The position numbers were made by a program, and so were the translations under genes. DNA of 63,896 nt, the filler included, from Rhabdomonas costata (taxonomy: Eukaryota): assembly GCA_019059605.1 (NCBI GenBank). It is 40 parts of 40 records of this genome, joined end to end, with 100 filler letters (N's around TTAATTAATTAA, not from the genome) between each part and the next. Parts side by side here need not be neighbours in the genome. Positions count along the whole stretch, not along the records: positions 62,398 to 63,896 come from JAHMHO010014410.1; 39 more parts are not named here. One strand, written 5' to 3'. Every line of letters starts with the position of its first letter. Within the stretch, counting starts at the first letter, position 1. Positions 62,539-63,896 of the stretch are shown here, in pieces. The notes below the pieces were generated by a model. That model worked only from the letters and a program-made list of their open reading frames with translations. It was not told the DNA's origin and made no database searches.

Positions 62539-63896
62539 GAGCCCACGCATGAACGAATCTGCCTGCTCGTCTGCGGACAAGCAAGCTGTATTAGGAACAA
62601 AACTCGTTGAGATGGTCCTCAGGCCCCACATAAGAGCCTAAAACCTCCACACCCGTGAACAACAGAGTCGGGTTGAATGAGGGATCGCTCCATACAACCG
62701 TTTTGTTGCAATTGAGTTCCAACCCAAACTCAGAAAGTAAGGGTGGAAAAGAGGGTATGGCTTTGGAAAGCTGAGAGTCCGGATTTCATCCACGGTGGCT
62801 TTTCCCCCTGCCCTGAGAGTCCGGATTTTGGATTTTGCCTCCCTCCTTCCTTGCCGGACCCTGCCCTTTGACCGGATTTATTTCGCGGTGGTCTTTTCCT
62901 GCTTTTCCGCGGTGGCGTTACCTATCGAAAATATAATATGACTATAATATAAAATAAGGAGGAAAGGTATGTGGGGGTCGCTGGGTGCGCGCCGACGGGT
63001 TCAATTTAGGCGCCAATTCACTTGGAGCATAGGAGCATAGGACGGAACCCGTTGTGAACTTTCACAAAAACCGAAAGTTTCCGAAGAAGATTTCCGAAGC
63101 GATACATATTTCTCGCGATTCAAGTTTGGTCAGTTTCGGTTTGACGAAGCGGGAGCCAATCCCCCACATGCCCTGCTCCGGTGAGGTTTATCAACTTCAC
63201 CCCTTAAAAAAGTCATTGTTGAATGTGTGGCCCCTATGAGCATTTCTCCATGTTCCATGTTCAATTCGCCCAATTTCAAACTGATCCAGTGTTCAAAGTT
63301 ATCAACCTGTTCTCGCAGATTAACCAGTAGCAATCACCCCAAAACGATTGCCCTGGTGTGCACACAGTGAGAAGGGATTCCACTGGGGAGGGAGGGAGAG
63401 AAGAGCAGCACCACGACGCGAGGCAGCTCCCCCATCGTCCACATGGCGGCAGGGCCGGCCTTTGCACCGGCAGCCTTCTTTTCGGACTTACGCTTCGTCT
63501 TCGTTTCCTCCGCGGGTGGTCTGGCACCCTCTATAAAAATAAGTGAAACACCCCCGAATCGCAGTGCGGACGTCCGCTCCATCAGACAGAGAATTTTCCC
63601 AGAACGGACGCACGGCGGCGAGAACAATCCACCATATTATTTCCCATCCGCCTTCCCCGTGGCCGCAAGAGGTTCACGAGGATTCGAAGCCGTGTGAAAG
63701 CCATTCGTTAAACTCGCCTAACTAACTCAAACTGCTTACCAGCCGGAGCCATGCCATTTGTGGGGGATATACTTTTTGTTGGCAAGGGAAGCCGAGTGAA
63801 ACGATATCACGCACCTGTGCATGGTGTAGCCCTCTAACGTCTTTCGGGGTGGGCACATAAACCCCAACAAGTCAAACTGTTAGCCCACCCCAAACC

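Overview
This window is not one locus. It is about 40 unrelated short contigs (each ~1.5 kb) joined by artificial N-TTAATTAATTAA-N spacers, so nothing across a spacer is physically linked. The DNA is eukaryotic and intron-rich: short GC-rich exons, GT-AG introns mostly 0.1-0.8 kb long. Spliced by eye, the fragments give a mitochondrial homoaconitase (LYS4-like), an axonemal dynein heavy chain, two class III adenylyl cyclases, a histidine-kinase HATPase domain, a Cache-like sensor, a Cdc7-like kinase, an EB1-type CH domain, SURP, PSP1, USP, CobW_C, Kelch, IPT/TIG, X8, ankyrin, a MycE-like methyltransferase and a decayed RTE-like LINE. The combination best fits a flagellated euglenozoan, probably a euglenid (inference). 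G/T-rich contig heads, C/A-rich tails and terminal fold-backs suggest whole-genome-amplified material. No complete multi-gene novel system can be shown from such fragments. Best leads: base-paired ends and degenerate donors in GT-AG introns, a complete orphan gene with atypical short AT-rich introns, an unannotated Cys-rich metal-binding exon, and a Cys-rich repeat encoded one unit per exon. All family calls are by motif recognition; no database search was run.
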